NCBI GenBank assembly: GCA_027021705.1
Contig: JALUTT010000061.1
Span: 1 to 11,743, forward strand
Source of the DNA: Anaerolineae bacterium
GTDB taxonomy: Bacteria > Chloroflexota > Anaerolineae > S140-20
Length of the DNA stretch: 11,743 bases
Direction: 5' to 3'
In this document: positions 1 through 7,026 of the stretch, piece after piece
Layout: every line of letters begins with the position of its first letter
Position numbering within the stretch: position 1 is the stretch's first letter
Notes under the pieces: generated by a model
Told to the model about the DNA's origin: nothing
The model's database searches: none
Seen by the model: only the letters and a program-made list of their open reading frames with translations
Position numbers and translations under genes: made by a program

Positions 1-52
1 TCTCCTCCTCCGGCGTCAATTGGATGGAGTACTTGGGCTTAGGTCCTGGCAT
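1..52 (-). CDS. 5' end of a gene running off the window (MPGPKPKYSIQLTPEEE...), resembling the N-terminus of IS630-family transposase/HTH proteins
   Basis: Manual translation: ATG at 52-50, strong SD AGGAGGTG at 64-57, promoter upstream. The 'K-Y-x-I-x-L-T-x-E-E' start resembles IS630-type transposases from memory; only 17 codons are visible. Confidence 0.55.
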   Translation of the reverse strand, partial: MPGPKPKYSIQLTPEEE

Positions 53-70
53 CGTTCACCTCCTGGCCCA

Positions 71-98
71 AGTATACCCCATTTGGCCGGCTAGTCAA
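71..98 (-). promoter_or_regulatory. Sigma70-type promoter TTGACT-N16-TATACT for the gene starting at 52
   Basis: -35 TTGACT at 98-93 and -10 TATACT at 76-71, each 5/6 consensus, 16-nt spacer, just upstream of the SD. Confidence 0.65.
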
Positions 99-137
99 AA
101 CTAGGAACACATTTACGCAAAGCTGTACTTAGCGGCG

Positions 138-321
138 GACTGAGGGCTGAGGACCAAATGGCTACTCGACCAAACGACTACTCGACCAAGGGGCAAGGGG
201 CAAGGACCAAGTGACCAAGCGACCACCCGACCAAGCGACCATCTGACCAAGCGACCATCTGACCACGTGACCACCTGACCAAGCGACCACCCGACCACCC
301 AACCACCCGACCAAGCGACCA
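138..321 (+). repeat. Short tandem repeat array A: 7-mers GACTGAG/GGCTGAG, 8-mers GACCANNN, interrupting GGGGCAA 7-mers, then 14 phased 8-mers
   Basis: Units start every 8 nt from 205 to 317 (gaccaagt, gaccaagc, gaccaccc, gaccaagc, gaccatct, gaccaagc, gaccatct, gaccacgt, gaccacct, gaccaagc, gaccaccc, gaccaccc, aaccaccc, gaccaagc, gacca|ATG); further degenerate units at 152-191. Confidence 0.95.
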
Positions 322-657
322 ATGGAACCGAAGATTAACCTCTGGATCGAGAAGGACGGAGAAGTTGTCCTCAGCCGCTGGCGGGTTCGGCTGTTGGAGG
401 CGGTGGGGGAGACGGGCTCCATCAGCCGGGCGGCCGGAGAGATGGGGATCTCCTACCGGCGGGCCTGGGAGAAGATCCACGAGATGGAGGAGCGGCTGGG
501 AATCCGGCTGCTGGACACCCGGACCGGCGGAGTCGGTGGCGGCGGAGCGCGTCTGACCCCTGCCGCCTGCGACCTGATCGCCCGCTTTCACCGCTTCGAC
601 GAGGGGATGGACGAGGAGATCCGCCGCCGCTTCGAGGAGGCTTTCGGGAACTCCTAG
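322..657 (+). CDS. Stand-alone ModE-type N-terminal winged helix-turn-helix regulator (no molybdate-binding TOBE domains)
   Basis: 111 aa with LLEAVGETGSISRAAGEMGISYRRAW and the ModE-typical TGGxGGGGAxLT loop. Confidence 0.88.
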   Translation: MEPKINLWIEKDGEVVLSRWRVRLLEAVGETGSISRAAGEMGISYRRAWEKIHEMEERLGIRLLDTRTGGVGGGGARLTPAACDLIARFHRFDEGMDEEIRRRFEEAFGNS

Positions 658-668
658 ACCTCCGGGTT

Positions 669-1367
669 CTACCGGCTCACCCGCTGGGCGAACCGACGTA
701 GGAGCCGGGCCGCGTTCTCCTCCAAAGGCAGCCCATGACCAAAACAGACCAGCCTCGGCTCCAGGTCGGTCAGGCGCTGCACGGACCGCCGGGCCTCGTC
801 CATATTGATCGTCGCCCCTCTCATCGGCAGGCGCAACCACCCCAGCCGCATGATGGCGTCGCCACAGAAGAGGATACCCCGCTCCGGCTGCCAAAAGGCC
901 AGGTGGCCCGGCGTGTGCCCCGGCGTCGCTACCACCTGCAGCCCTCCCATCACCTCGTCGAGCACCTCCCCGTCGGACACCTCCCGGTCCACCGGGGTGC
1001 CCTTCAGCGTCGTCTCGGTCGGGCGGAGCAGGCGGGCCAGGGGGGGGAGGGCTTCCGGCGGAGGAAGAGGGATCGGCACCTGCCCCTCCACGATGGGGCG
1101 TTCCGGGGCCGACGCGATCACCTGGGCCCCCGTCCACTCCTTGAGGGCCGGCAGCCCACCCACGTGGTCCGGGTGAGCGTGGGTGACGAGGATGCGGCGC
1201 ACCTCATCCGCCCTGCGCCCCATCGCCTCGATCTGACGGATGATCTTGACAGCGACCCGCTCCAGACCGGCGTCCACCAGCGTCAGCCCATCGGCGTCCT
1301 CGATCAGGTAGACCCGCCCGGAGATCAGGCCGGTGAAGGTGTAAAGTCCAGGAGCAATCTTGCGCAT
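669..1367 (-). CDS. MBL-fold metallo-hydrolase
   Basis: Motifs LVDAG, THAHPDHVGG (HxHxDH), TPGHTPGH, FCGDA, FGHG in the expected order; 232 aa. Confidence 0.93.
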   Translation of the reverse strand: MRKIAPGLYTFTGLISGRVYLIEDADGLTLVDAGLERVAVKIIRQIEAMGRRADEVRRILVTHAHPDHVGGLPALKEWTGAQVIASAPERPIVEGQVPIPLPPPEALPPLARLLRPTETTLKGTPVDREVSDGEVLDEVMGGLQVVATPGHTPGHLAFWQPERGILFCGDAIMRLGWLRLPMRGATINMDEARRSVQRLTDLEPRLVCFGHGLPLEENAARLLRRFAQRVSR

Positions 1368-1371
1368 CTCT

Positions 1372-1450
1372 CGGTCCTGTTGGTCAGGTGGTCAAGCGGC
1401 GGGTGGTCCCTTGGTCCTTGCCCCCTGCCCTTGCCCCTGCCCCTTGCCCC
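1372..1450 (-). repeat. Short tandem repeat array B, same family as A but inverted: GGGGCAA-type 7-mers then GACCANNN 8-mers on the minus strand
   Basis: TGGTC at 1381, 1389, 1404, 1412 and TTGCCCC/CTGCCCC units at about 1418-1450; fills the mre11-MBL gap. Confidence 0.85.
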
Positions 1451-1459
1451 CTCATCGCC

Positions 1460-2713
1460 TCATCCCTCGTTGCCCTCCCCCGCTTCTACCGCCCGGATGA
1501 TCTCCGCCCCCATCTCCTGCAGCACAGCCGCCTCCTCGGGGTCGGTGCCGGCGGCCCGCCAGTACCGTTCCAGGAGTTCCACCGGGCTGAGGGATTCCAC
1601 GGCGGCGATGTCGCCCAGCCGAGCCCGAGCCCGCTGCACCCGGCGCTTGACCAGGTGGAAGTCGAAGGCCAGCCGGGCGTGGCGGTAGAGAGCAGCGTCG
1701 TCAATCCGCGGCTCCACCTCCGGCGGATACTCCAGCACCAGCCGGACGATGGCCCCCTCCAGCGCCTCCGGGGCCGGCAGGTGGGCCAGGATGACCTCCA
1801 TCGGATCGTCCTCTTTCTCCAGGCCCTCCAGGGAGAGGTAGCGGTCCACGAAGGGGCGGGTCTGAAGGGGAACGAACTCCCACTGCGTCTTCCCCCGGTC
1901 CACCGTCGCCAGGACGAAACCCTTGGTCTCTCGCGCCTCGCTGAAGTCTATGCGCTCGATGGAGCCGGGGTAGACGACAGGGGGATGGCCCTGGGGGTTG
2001 AGGTTCTGGTGCTTGTGGATGTGGCCCAGGGCGACGTAGTCCAGACGGGGGTCGGTGACCAGCCCACCGCTGAGGACCAACTCGTGGCCCAGCATCACCT
2101 GGCGCTCGCTGCCGTAGACGGCCCCCTGGACGCTGGCGTGGGCGGTGAGGATGGTGGGGAGGGAGGGATCGGCCTGCTCCAGGAGCTGCTGCACTGCCCC
2201 AGCCACCTTCTCCTCGATGCGCAGCAGCACTTCGGTGAGGGACTTGCCGGCCATCTCCTGGCGGGTCATCAAGCGGGAGCGGGGAACCCAGGGGATGGTG
2301 ATGACCTGGGCCGGGATGCCCAACTGCCGGGCGTCGTAGCAGCGGATGCGGTCGGCGACGAAGATGTGGGGCACCTCCAGGGTGCTGAACTCGGCGATGG
2401 CGTGGGCACGGCCCGACGCGGCCGGGACATCGTGGTTGCCCACCAGGAGGATGGTGGGGATGCCGGCCCGCGAGAGGCGCATCATCCGCTTGCCCCACTC
2501 CCGCTGAAAAGTGGGGTGGGGGTTGCGGTCCTTGTAGGCATCGCCGGCGAAGATCACCAGGTCCACCGACTCCGCCAGCGCCCGCTCGACAATGGCGTCC
2601 AGCGATTTGAGAAAGTCCACGACCCGGACGGGCAGGGCGGTCTCCGGGTCGTGACGGCCATAGTTGACCATATCAATGTGCGCGTCGGCGAAGTGTAGGA
2701 GACGGATGGCCAT
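1460..2713 (-). CDS. sbcD: Mre11/SbcD-family DNA repair nuclease (metallophosphoesterase)
   Basis: Phosphoesterase motifs HFADAH, FAGDAY, VGNHD, TAH, ALGHIH, YPGS..RIDFSE...KGF; 417 aa; SD GGAGG lies in the hepT 3' end. Confidence 0.92.
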   Translation of the reverse strand: MAIRLLHFADAHIDMVNYGRHDPETALPVRVVDFLKSLDAIVERALAESVDLVIFAGDAYKDRNPHPTFQREWGKRMMRLSRAGIPTILLVGNHDVPAASGRAHAIAEFSTLEVPHIFVADRIRCYDARQLGIPAQVITIPWVPRSRLMTRQEMAGKSLTEVLLRIEEKVAGAVQQLLEQADPSLPTILTAHASVQGAVYGSERQVMLGHELVLSGGLVTDPRLDYVALGHIHKHQNLNPQGHPPVVYPGSIERIDFSEARETKGFVLATVDRGKTQWEFVPLQTRPFVDRYLSLEGLEKEDDPMEVILAHLPAPEALEGAIVRLVLEYPPEVEPRIDDAALYRHARLAFDFHLVKRRVQRARARLGDIAAVESLSPVELLERYWRAAGTDPEEAAVLQEMGAEIIRAVEAGEGNEG

Positions 2714-2717
2714 AGGG

Positions 2718-3152
2718 CTACGCCTCCAGCGTCCCTGTACGTTTTAGGTATTCCAGAACGTGGTTTGCAAAAACCTCGAAATCGTCCAGCGATTGGAGAG
2801 CCTCGTACACCTGGTGGGGGTCAATCTCCAGGTAGGAGTGGACAAGGATGTTGCGGAAACCGCTCATTCCAGCGATGCGCTTGGCGAAGTCGCGGGGTAG
2901 TACCCCGACGCTGCCCATCTGGCGGATGATCTCCCGGTACTCTTGAGGACGTTTTCCGAAGTCGGCTGCCAGGATGTGGGCACCAATGTCGAGTACAGCC
3001 TGGATCGCCAATTGCAGCCCTCGTTCGACGATCCACTGGGCGGCATCATCCTCCAAGTAGGCCTCCAGCGAGAGGCTCTGATAGGGCCTCAAACGGGTGG
3101 TGTAGTCCTTGAGGGCTTCCAATCGCTCGAGTACGGGCTTGATGTCCGTCAT
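2718..3152 (-). CDS. hepT: HepT-like HEPN RNase toxin (DUF86), HepT/MntA toxin-antitoxin system
   Basis: 144 aa with RNILVHSY (R-X4-H-X-Y) and ERGLQLAIQAVLDI helix; ATGA overlap with the upstream nucleotidyltransferase. Confidence 0.9.
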   Translation of the reverse strand: MTDIKPVLERLEALKDYTTRLRPYQSLSLEAYLEDDAAQWIVERGLQLAIQAVLDIGAHILAADFGKRPQEYREIIRQMGSVGVLPRDFAKRIAGMSGFRNILVHSYLEIDPHQVYEALQSLDDFEVFANHVLEYLKRTGTLEA

Positions 3153-3610
3153 TTTTCTGATCTTTCTGTATTTCTGTGACCTTGGTAGTGCTGGAGGACG
3201 TAGTGGTAGCGGATGCGTCGGAGCGGTCGGGTGTCTTCGTAGTCGCGCAGGGCCGTGATCTCGAAGCGGATCCGAAGGCGATCATCCCGGCAGTAGAGGA
3301 GCACCCCTTCCTGATAGACGTAGTAACGAAGCAGCGGGGAGGCCCGGTCCAGATCGGCCACATAAACATCGTTGCGCCGGAAGAGGTGACCCAGCTCCCC
3401 GATCAGGCGTAGACGTTGTTGGAAGCGCTCGTCGTCGGAGAGGGATGAAGCGAACTGCACCGCGATGTCCACGTCGGAGAGGGGACCGGCATCACCCCGG
3501 GCCTGGGAACCGTAGAGGTAGGCCAGCACGACGCCGTGCTCTCGGAAAATGCGCTGAAGCTCTTCGCGCTTGGCTTGGATGGGAAGGCTCTCTCCAACTC
3601 CCACCGGCAT
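3149..3610 (-). CDS. mntA: MntA-like minimal nucleotidyltransferase antitoxin
   Basis: AYLYGS-QARGDAGPLS-DVD matches G-S-X10-D-X-D; directly upstream of a HEPN gene. The start codon is somewhat uncertain. Confidence 0.88.
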   Translation of the reverse strand: MPVGVGESLPIQAKREELQRIFREHGVVLAYLYGSQARGDAGPLSDVDIAVQFASSLSDDERFQQRLRLIGELGHLFRRNDVYVADLDRASPLLRYYVYQEGVLLYCRDDRLRIRFEITALRDYEDTRPLRRIRYHYVLQHYQGHRNTERSEK

Positions 3611-3632
3611 ACCTTGTTACCCGTAACTGTTC

Positions 3633-3729
3633 ACCCTCCCGCAGGTTAGGCGCGTTTCCGACGCGAGACCGGGCTTCCAATAGCCCATCGGGGCTGAAAG
3701 CGCCCTCGACCGGTGACCTGCGGGAGGGT
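3633..3729. repeat. 97-bp multibranched palindromic element (REP/MITE-like or structured RNA)
   Basis: Perfect 14-bp inverted repeat ACCCTCCCGCAGGT (3633-3646) / ACCTGCGGGAGGGT (3716-3729) enclosing hairpins CGCGT/ACGCG (3651-3665), GGGCT/AGCCC (3671-3686) and TCGGGGC/GCCCTCGA (3688-3709). Confidence 0.8.
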
Positions 3730-3734
3730 ATTCG

Positions 3735-5486
3735 TTACCCGAAGAGCTCTTCATTGATCTGGTCCACCGTCGGCCTCTCGGCGGCGACGGGGACGCCCAC
3801 GCGGTCTTGGATCTCCTCCCAGAAGTCCCGATCGTAGCGGCGGGAGCGGACGGCGATGGGCATCGGGACCCCCCAGCCCAGCAGCAACACCTCCTCCCGC
3901 TCCTGGAGGCGGGCCAGCATCCCCCGCAGCTTATCCCGACCGGAGAGGCCGGTGAGGACGGCAGCGATGTCGTCGGCATCCCCCAGCCAGCCGGTGATCC
4001 GGGTGCCCAACTGAGACATCACCTCGTCGTGGATGGCGCTGGGCCGCTGGTCCACGACGAGCAGCGTGACGTAGTACTTGCGCATCTCGCGGGCGATCTG
4101 GCCGAAGGCGGTCTGGCCGGCCAGCCGAGGGCTGAGGAGCTTGTGGGCCTCCTCGACGACGATGAGCAGCGGCTTGGGCGGGCGGGCGCCTAAGGCTCGC
4201 TGGCTGCGGTACGTCTCGCTCTTCTCCACCCACCGCTCCCGGATGCGCCGGGTGAGGACGTTGCTCACCAGGAGGTAGTCCAGCTCGTTCTCATGGCGAC
4301 CGAAGCTGAGGACGACGTGGCGGCCCTGCTCCAGCCGGTCCACGATGGCGGTCACGGCGTCGGCCGCCGGCTTGGGGACGATGTAGTCCCGGTCGGCGAT
4401 GCGGCGCAGCCGCCGGTGCAGGGCCTCGGCCGCGCCCTCGTGGATGTTGTTCTCCCGCGCCCAGGCGGCCACGCTGTCCGGGGCCGGGATGGTCTTACCC
4501 TCCTCGGTGGTGATCGTCTTCCCCGCTTCCAGCCGGGTGAAGCGCTCGAACCAGCGTTCGCCAAAGGAGCGCCGGAGGGCGTGCAGGGTGGTGGCTGCCG
4601 TCTCCGTCAGGTTGAGGGTCTCGCCGAGGGCCATGATGTCGCCGGGGGTGATGTCGCTCATCGCGATCTCCAAGGTGAAGTCGGGCGACTGCCCCCGCAC
4701 CTGGGAGCCGGCCCCCAGCGCGGCCACCTGCACCCGGGGACCGAAGAGGCTCTTCAGCCCCCGCACCAGGTTGTCCTCCTCGTCGGTGTCGTCGAAGCCG
4801 TACTCGTTGTGCATGTCGAAGACCAGGACGCTGGCCATCGTCGGGTCATCCACGCCGGCGGCGATGATGCCGGCCAGCAGCATCCGGGTGAGGAAGCTCT
4901 TGCCGGTGCCCGTGGCCCCGAAGATGCCGCTGGAGCGTTTGACGAAGCGGCCCAGGTCCAACCGCACCGGGTAGCCCTGCTCCAGCGTGTAGCCGACGAC
5001 GAAGCGGTCCGGGGCCTCCCGCCCGAAGACCTCGGCGATGTCCCCCTCGTGGGCCAGCCGGACGGGGGCGTGGTGGCCGGGGATGGTCTTGACCGGGCGG
5101 GGTCGGGGGCGGGGAGCCCGGCCGGCCTCGATCTCCGCCTCCCAGGCCAGCCGCTCCAGCGGGTCCTCCGGCCCCCGATCCAGCATCAGCGTGGGGAAGA
5201 CCTCCAGCGTGGCGTAGAGGGTCTGGCCGTAGAGGAGGTCGCGCAGGGCCGGGGGGAATCGGTCCGCCGAATCGCTGGCGAAGCGGGGGTCCGTCGCGCC
5301 CAGGCGCAGGTCGGTCACCAGCCCGTAGAAGCGCCAGCGCCCGCTGTCGCAGACGACGAAGCTCCCTTCTTGCAGTTCCTGGACCGGGGCGGTGAGCCGC
5401 ACCCGGAGCCCTTCCTTCAGCCCACCGCCGACGATGTAGCCGATGGTTGCGCCACCGCTTCCTCGATCAGCCTGTCGGTTCTCCAT
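3735..5486 (-). CDS. herA: HerA-family ATPase/DNA translocase (HerA/FtsK superfamily, DUF87)
   Basis: Walker A IFGATGTGKS, FDMHNEY, Walker B LLIVVEEAH, arginine-finger region REMRKY, DQRPS; N-terminal HAS-barrel-like segment; SD GGAGG; overlaps the gltX end by 20 nt. Confidence 0.88.
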   Translation of the reverse strand: MENRQADRGSGGATIGYIVGGGLKEGLRVRLTAPVQELQEGSFVVCDSGRWRFYGLVTDLRLGATDPRFASDSADRFPPALRDLLYGQTLYATLEVFPTLMLDRGPEDPLERLAWEAEIEAGRAPRPRPRPVKTIPGHHAPVRLAHEGDIAEVFGREAPDRFVVGYTLEQGYPVRLDLGRFVKRSSGIFGATGTGKSFLTRMLLAGIIAAGVDDPTMASVLVFDMHNEYGFDDTDEEDNLVRGLKSLFGPRVQVAALGAGSQVRGQSPDFTLEIAMSDITPGDIMALGETLNLTETAATTLHALRRSFGERWFERFTRLEAGKTITTEEGKTIPAPDSVAAWARENNIHEGAAEALHRRLRRIADRDYIVPKPAADAVTAIVDRLEQGRHVVLSFGRHENELDYLLVSNVLTRRIRERWVEKSETYRSQRALGARPPKPLLIVVEEAHKLLSPRLAGQTAFGQIAREMRKYYVTLLVVDQRPSAIHDEVMSQLGTRITGWLGDADDIAAVLTGLSGRDKLRGMLARLQEREEVLLLGWGVPMPIAVRSRRYDRDFWEEIQDRVGVPVAAERPTVDQINEELFG

Positions 5487-6978
5487 GCCGTTCCTCCGTC
5501 AACAGGGCCTCGGCCTCGGTGAGTCGGCGCAGCACCCGTTCCCGCCCCAGCAGGGCGATGGAGCCGAAGAGCGGGGGGGAGACCCGCTTGCCCGTCACCG
5601 CTACCCGGAGGACGCCGAAGACCTGCCGGGCTTTCAGCCCCATCTCCGGCACCAGCGCCCGCAGCGCCTGCTCCACGCCGGCCTCGTCGAAGGTGGGCAA
5701 CGCGGCCAGGACCTCGCGGGCCCGGCGCAGGATGGTCAGGCTCTGCTCCGGCGTCGTCTTGTCGGCCGTCAGCAGGGCCGGATCGTACCCGCCCAGCGGT
5801 TCCTGGAAGAAGAAGTCCACCAGCGGGACGGCGTCGTTGAGCCGCTTGATCCGCTCCTGAATGAGGGGGACGAGGGCCTGGACGGTCTCCAGGTCCGCCT
5901 CCAGGCCCGCCTTCTGGAGGACGGGCAGGAGCCGCCGGGCCAGCTCGTCAGGGGGCAGCCGGCGGATGTAGAGGCCGTTGAGCCAGTCCAGCTTGCCGTA
6001 GGGGAGGGCGGCCGGCGAGGGGTTGATGGCCTCGATGGAGAAGTGGGCGATGGCCTCCTCCCGGCTGAAGACCTCCGTCTCGGCGTCCATAGACCAGCCC
6101 ACCCGGGCCAGGAAGTTGAAGACGGCCTCGGGAAGGTAGCCGGCCTCCCGCAGCTCGTGGACGAAGACGAGGAGTTCCCGGCCGCCGGGCAGCCGGCTCT
6201 TCCGCTTGCTCAGCTTCCCCTTGCCTGAGGGGTTCAGGATGACGGGCAGGTGGGCGAAGGCGGGTGGTTCCCAGCCGAAGGCCCGGTAGAGCAGGACGTG
6301 CTTGGGCACGCTGGGCAGCCACTCGTCGCCTCGCATGATGTGGCTGATTTCCATGAAGTGGTCGTCCACCACGTTGGCCAGGTGGTAGGTGGGCCAGCCG
6401 TCGGACTTGAGCAGGATCACGTCGTCCAGCTCGGCGTGCTGGAAGGTGATCTCGCCCCGGATCAGATCGCGGAAGGTGGTGGAGCCCTCCAGGGGGACGG
6501 CCAGCCGGATGACGTAGGGGTCGCCGGCGGCCTCGTGCTCGGCCCGCTGCTGGGCGGTCAGGAAGCGGCAGCGGCGGTCGTAGCGGGGGGGCTCACCGCG
6601 CCGTCGCTGCTCCTCCCGCATCGCGGCCAGCCGTTCGGGGGAGCAGTAGCAGCGGTAGGCGTGGCCCTGCTCCACCAGCCAATGGCCCCACTTCTGGTAG
6701 AGGTCCAGCCGTTGGGACTGGAAGTAGGGGCCGTACTCCCCGCCCACCTCCGGCCCTTCATCCCAGTCCAGCCCCAGCCAGCGCAGTCCGTCCAGGATGT
6801 CCTGGAGGGAGTCGGGCTGGTAGCGGGCTCGGTCGGTGTCCTCGATGCGCAGGATGAAAGCGCCGTGGTGATGGCGGGCGAAGAGCCAGTTGAAGAGCGC
6901 CGTCCGGGCTCCGCCGATGTGCAGGTAGCCGGTGGGGCTAGGGGCGAAGCGGACGCGGACAGGCCGGTTTTGGACCAT
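5467..6978 (-). CDS. gltX: Glutamate--tRNA ligase
   Basis: VRFAPSPTGYLHIGG (HIGH), LRIEDTD, CYC...YDRRC, PTYHLANVVDD, KLSKR (KMSKS), C-terminal anticodon-binding domain (LRVAVTG..SPPLF); SD GGGAGGA. Confidence 0.98.
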   Translation of the reverse strand: MVQNRPVRVRFAPSPTGYLHIGGARTALFNWLFARHHHGAFILRIEDTDRARYQPDSLQDILDGLRWLGLDWDEGPEVGGEYGPYFQSQRLDLYQKWGHWLVEQGHAYRCYCSPERLAAMREEQRRRGEPPRYDRRCRFLTAQQRAEHEAAGDPYVIRLAVPLEGSTTFRDLIRGEITFQHAELDDVILLKSDGWPTYHLANVVDDHFMEISHIMRGDEWLPSVPKHVLLYRAFGWEPPAFAHLPVILNPSGKGKLSKRKSRLPGGRELLVFVHELREAGYLPEAVFNFLARVGWSMDAETEVFSREEAIAHFSIEAINPSPAALPYGKLDWLNGLYIRRLPPDELARRLLPVLQKAGLEADLETVQALVPLIQERIKRLNDAVPLVDFFFQEPLGGYDPALLTADKTTPEQSLTILRRAREVLAALPTFDEAGVEQALRALVPEMGLKARQVFGVLRVAVTGKRVSPPLFGSIALLGRERVLRRLTEAEALLTEERHGEPTG

Positions 6979-7026
6979 ATAGCTTCCTCCCTGTTAGAGT
7001 CTATTTCCACACCGGAGGGTGGTAAA

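Larger units (their letters stand above)
1..132 (-). mobile_element. Possible left end of an IS630-like insertion sequence
   Basis: AT-richer segment carrying promoter, SD and a transposase-like start; it ends at ...ATTTACGCAAAGCTGTACTTAG (111-132), which contains a TA like IS630 targets. The partner end is outside the window, so no TIR can be confirmed. Confidence 0.35.

Noticed and set aside
138..321. CRISPR array interpretation of the constant/variable repeats
   Set aside because: The constant part is 5 nt and the variable part 3 nt, far below CRISPR repeat and spacer sizes; no cas genes are in the window.
113..422. ORFs 113..322(-) and 162..422(-) with W/S/G/V periodic peptides
   Set aside because: They are translations of the 8-mer array, open in several frames only because the units lack stop codons. 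The same applies to 7238..7453 and 8169..8588.
655..671. Bidirectional terminator between the convergent wHTH and MBL genes
   Set aside because: Only a short bulged hairpin (TAGACC-TCCG-GGTTCTA) with no U-tracts; too weak to call.
1388..2698. Long plus-strand ORFs (also 735..1688, 4293..5522, 5443..6228, 6250..7152, 7508..8683, 8494..9927, 9720..10631)
   Set aside because: Antisense shadows of well-supported minus-strand genes in GC-rich DNA; no recognisable motifs.
3633..3729. tRNA, Moco riboswitch or intrinsic terminator
   Set aside because: No T-loop, anticodon arm geometry or CCA end; I could not match Moco RNA conserved segments; no poly-U tail. Kept as an unexplained structured element.
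3617..3979. 120-aa ORF overlapping the herA 3' end
   Set aside because: Alternative frame of herA plus the palindrome, with low-complexity composition and no SD.
3735..5486. HerA as part of a known anti-phage pair (Sir2-HerA or DUF4297-HerA)
   Set aside because: No Sir2 or DUF4297 partner is present; coupling to gltX, host-like codon usage and the nearby mre11 favour the DNA-repair type.
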